DNA of 63,293 nucleotides, counting the filler, from Octopus bimaculoides (taxonomy: Eukaryota): NCBI RefSeq assembly GCF_001194135.2. It is 7 parts of 6 records of this genome, joined end to end, with 100 filler letters (N's around TTAATTAATTAA, not from the genome) between each part and the next. Parts side by side here need not be neighbours in the genome. Positions count along the whole stretch, not along the records: positions 59,870 to 63,293 come from NC_069006.1; 6 more parts are not named here. One strand, given 5' to 3'. Below, piece by piece: positions 62,268 through 63,293 of the stretch. The translations under genes and the position numbers were made by a program. A model generated the notes under the pieces. The model saw nothing but the letters and a program-made list of their open reading frames with translations, ran no database searches and was not told the DNA's origin. Position 1 is the first letter of the stretch. Every line of letters starts with the position of its first letter.

Positions 62268-63251
62268 NNNNNNNNNNNNNNNNNNNNNNNNNNNNNNNNN
62301 NNNNNNNNNNNNNNNNNNNNNNNNNNNNNNNNNNNNNNNNNNNNNNNNNNNNNNNNNNNNNNNNNNNNNNNNNNNNNNNNNNNNNNNNNNNNNNNNNNNN
62401 NNNNNNNNNNNNNNNNNNNNNNNNNNNNNNNNNNNNNNNNNNNNNNNNNNNNNNNNNNNNNNNNNNNNNNNNNNNNNNNNNNNTATGGATGGATGTAGCC
62501 TGTGTTACCCAGAAATAAAGTATGTACTATAAAGTCGTATATTTATTTCACTCTCGTTGAACCCTTTTTATATCTCCCTGCTTTCATATTTTTTATTTTT
62601 CTTCTCTCTCTGGCCCCTCATTCACTCATGTGTATCCATCCCCGTCTTCACCATTCACCCTGTATTTTCTTTTATATTTATATATTATTTCGTTAATCTC
62701 ATCTCTACGGCTATTTGCACTTTTCTTTCTTTCTTTCTTTCATTTCTGTTTTCTTTTCTTTTGCTGCTTTTTTTTCTTCTGTTCTCTTTTTCTCTCTCCT
62801 ACTTTTCTTTAGAAATCTAGCAGCGGAAAAAAAGAGATAGGACGATAATAACAGACAGTCGAAAGAAACACACAAACAAATCAGGCGTACGAACGAAACT
62901 AATAAGCGATTAAATAAACAAGAAAAATATCACGAATACAATCGCAAAATATGAAAGACATGTCAAGATGGCAGCGAAATAGTAAAACATAGGGAAACTG
63001 TTTATTCATGAAAATGCTTTGTGTTCCGACATTGTTATTAAAGATTACGATCGCACCTTAATCTTTCTAAGCAGTTTGTTGCTTTTCAAAAAGAGTAGTA
63101 AAACTAAACAAAATCAGAGCATATCTATGTACATATGTATGTGGATATGTATACATACATACGTGTGTGTGTATGTATACACATACATACATATATACAT
63201 ATGCGTGTGTGTATGCATGTCTATCTATCTATCTATCTATCTATTTTTATA

Positions 63252-63287
<36 letters not shown>

Positions 63288-63293
63288 AGATCG

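Noticed and set aside
54038-63293. Final Lhx2/9 exon starting VWFQNARAK
   Set aside because: No TGG-TTY-CAR-AAY found by eye in the sequenced part. It is presumably in a gap or beyond the window.

Overview
Repeat-dense, gap-rich metazoan genomic DNA. It is most likely a coleoid cephalopod (octopus-like), inferred from the tRNA-derived SINE families and extreme microsatellite density, not confirmed by a search. Two developmental homeobox genes lie in tandem on the + strand. The first is a Pax3/7 exon carrying a complete, intron-less Ser50 homeodomain (5913-6251). The second is an Lhx2/9 (apterous-type) homeobox exon (53826-54037) ending at the classic Q46|V47 intron. An orphan 111-codon candidate first exon (26525-26857) lies between them, behind ETS/YY1 motifs. 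No paired-box, LIM-domain or terminal exons are visible; they are outside the window or in N gaps. Almost all other ORFs in the track are microsatellite or gap artefacts. The rest is a layered mobilome: at least three tRNA-headed SINE families, R4/Dong-like and RTE LINE fragments, a composite Helitron with a helicase remnant, a Helentron-type dimer, hAT, mariner, piggyBac and Merlin-like MITEs, a Chapaev3-like remnant and several repeat-derived satellites. The most unusual element is a short repeat that joins a tRNA-like Pol III head to a 3' module containing a minimal type I hammerhead ribozyme of the Penelope-associated kind. It has four arms in the window, two of them forming a palindromic insertion with a target-site duplication. 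All calls are from visual reading of the sequence; repeat boundaries are approximate unless a TSD is quoted.
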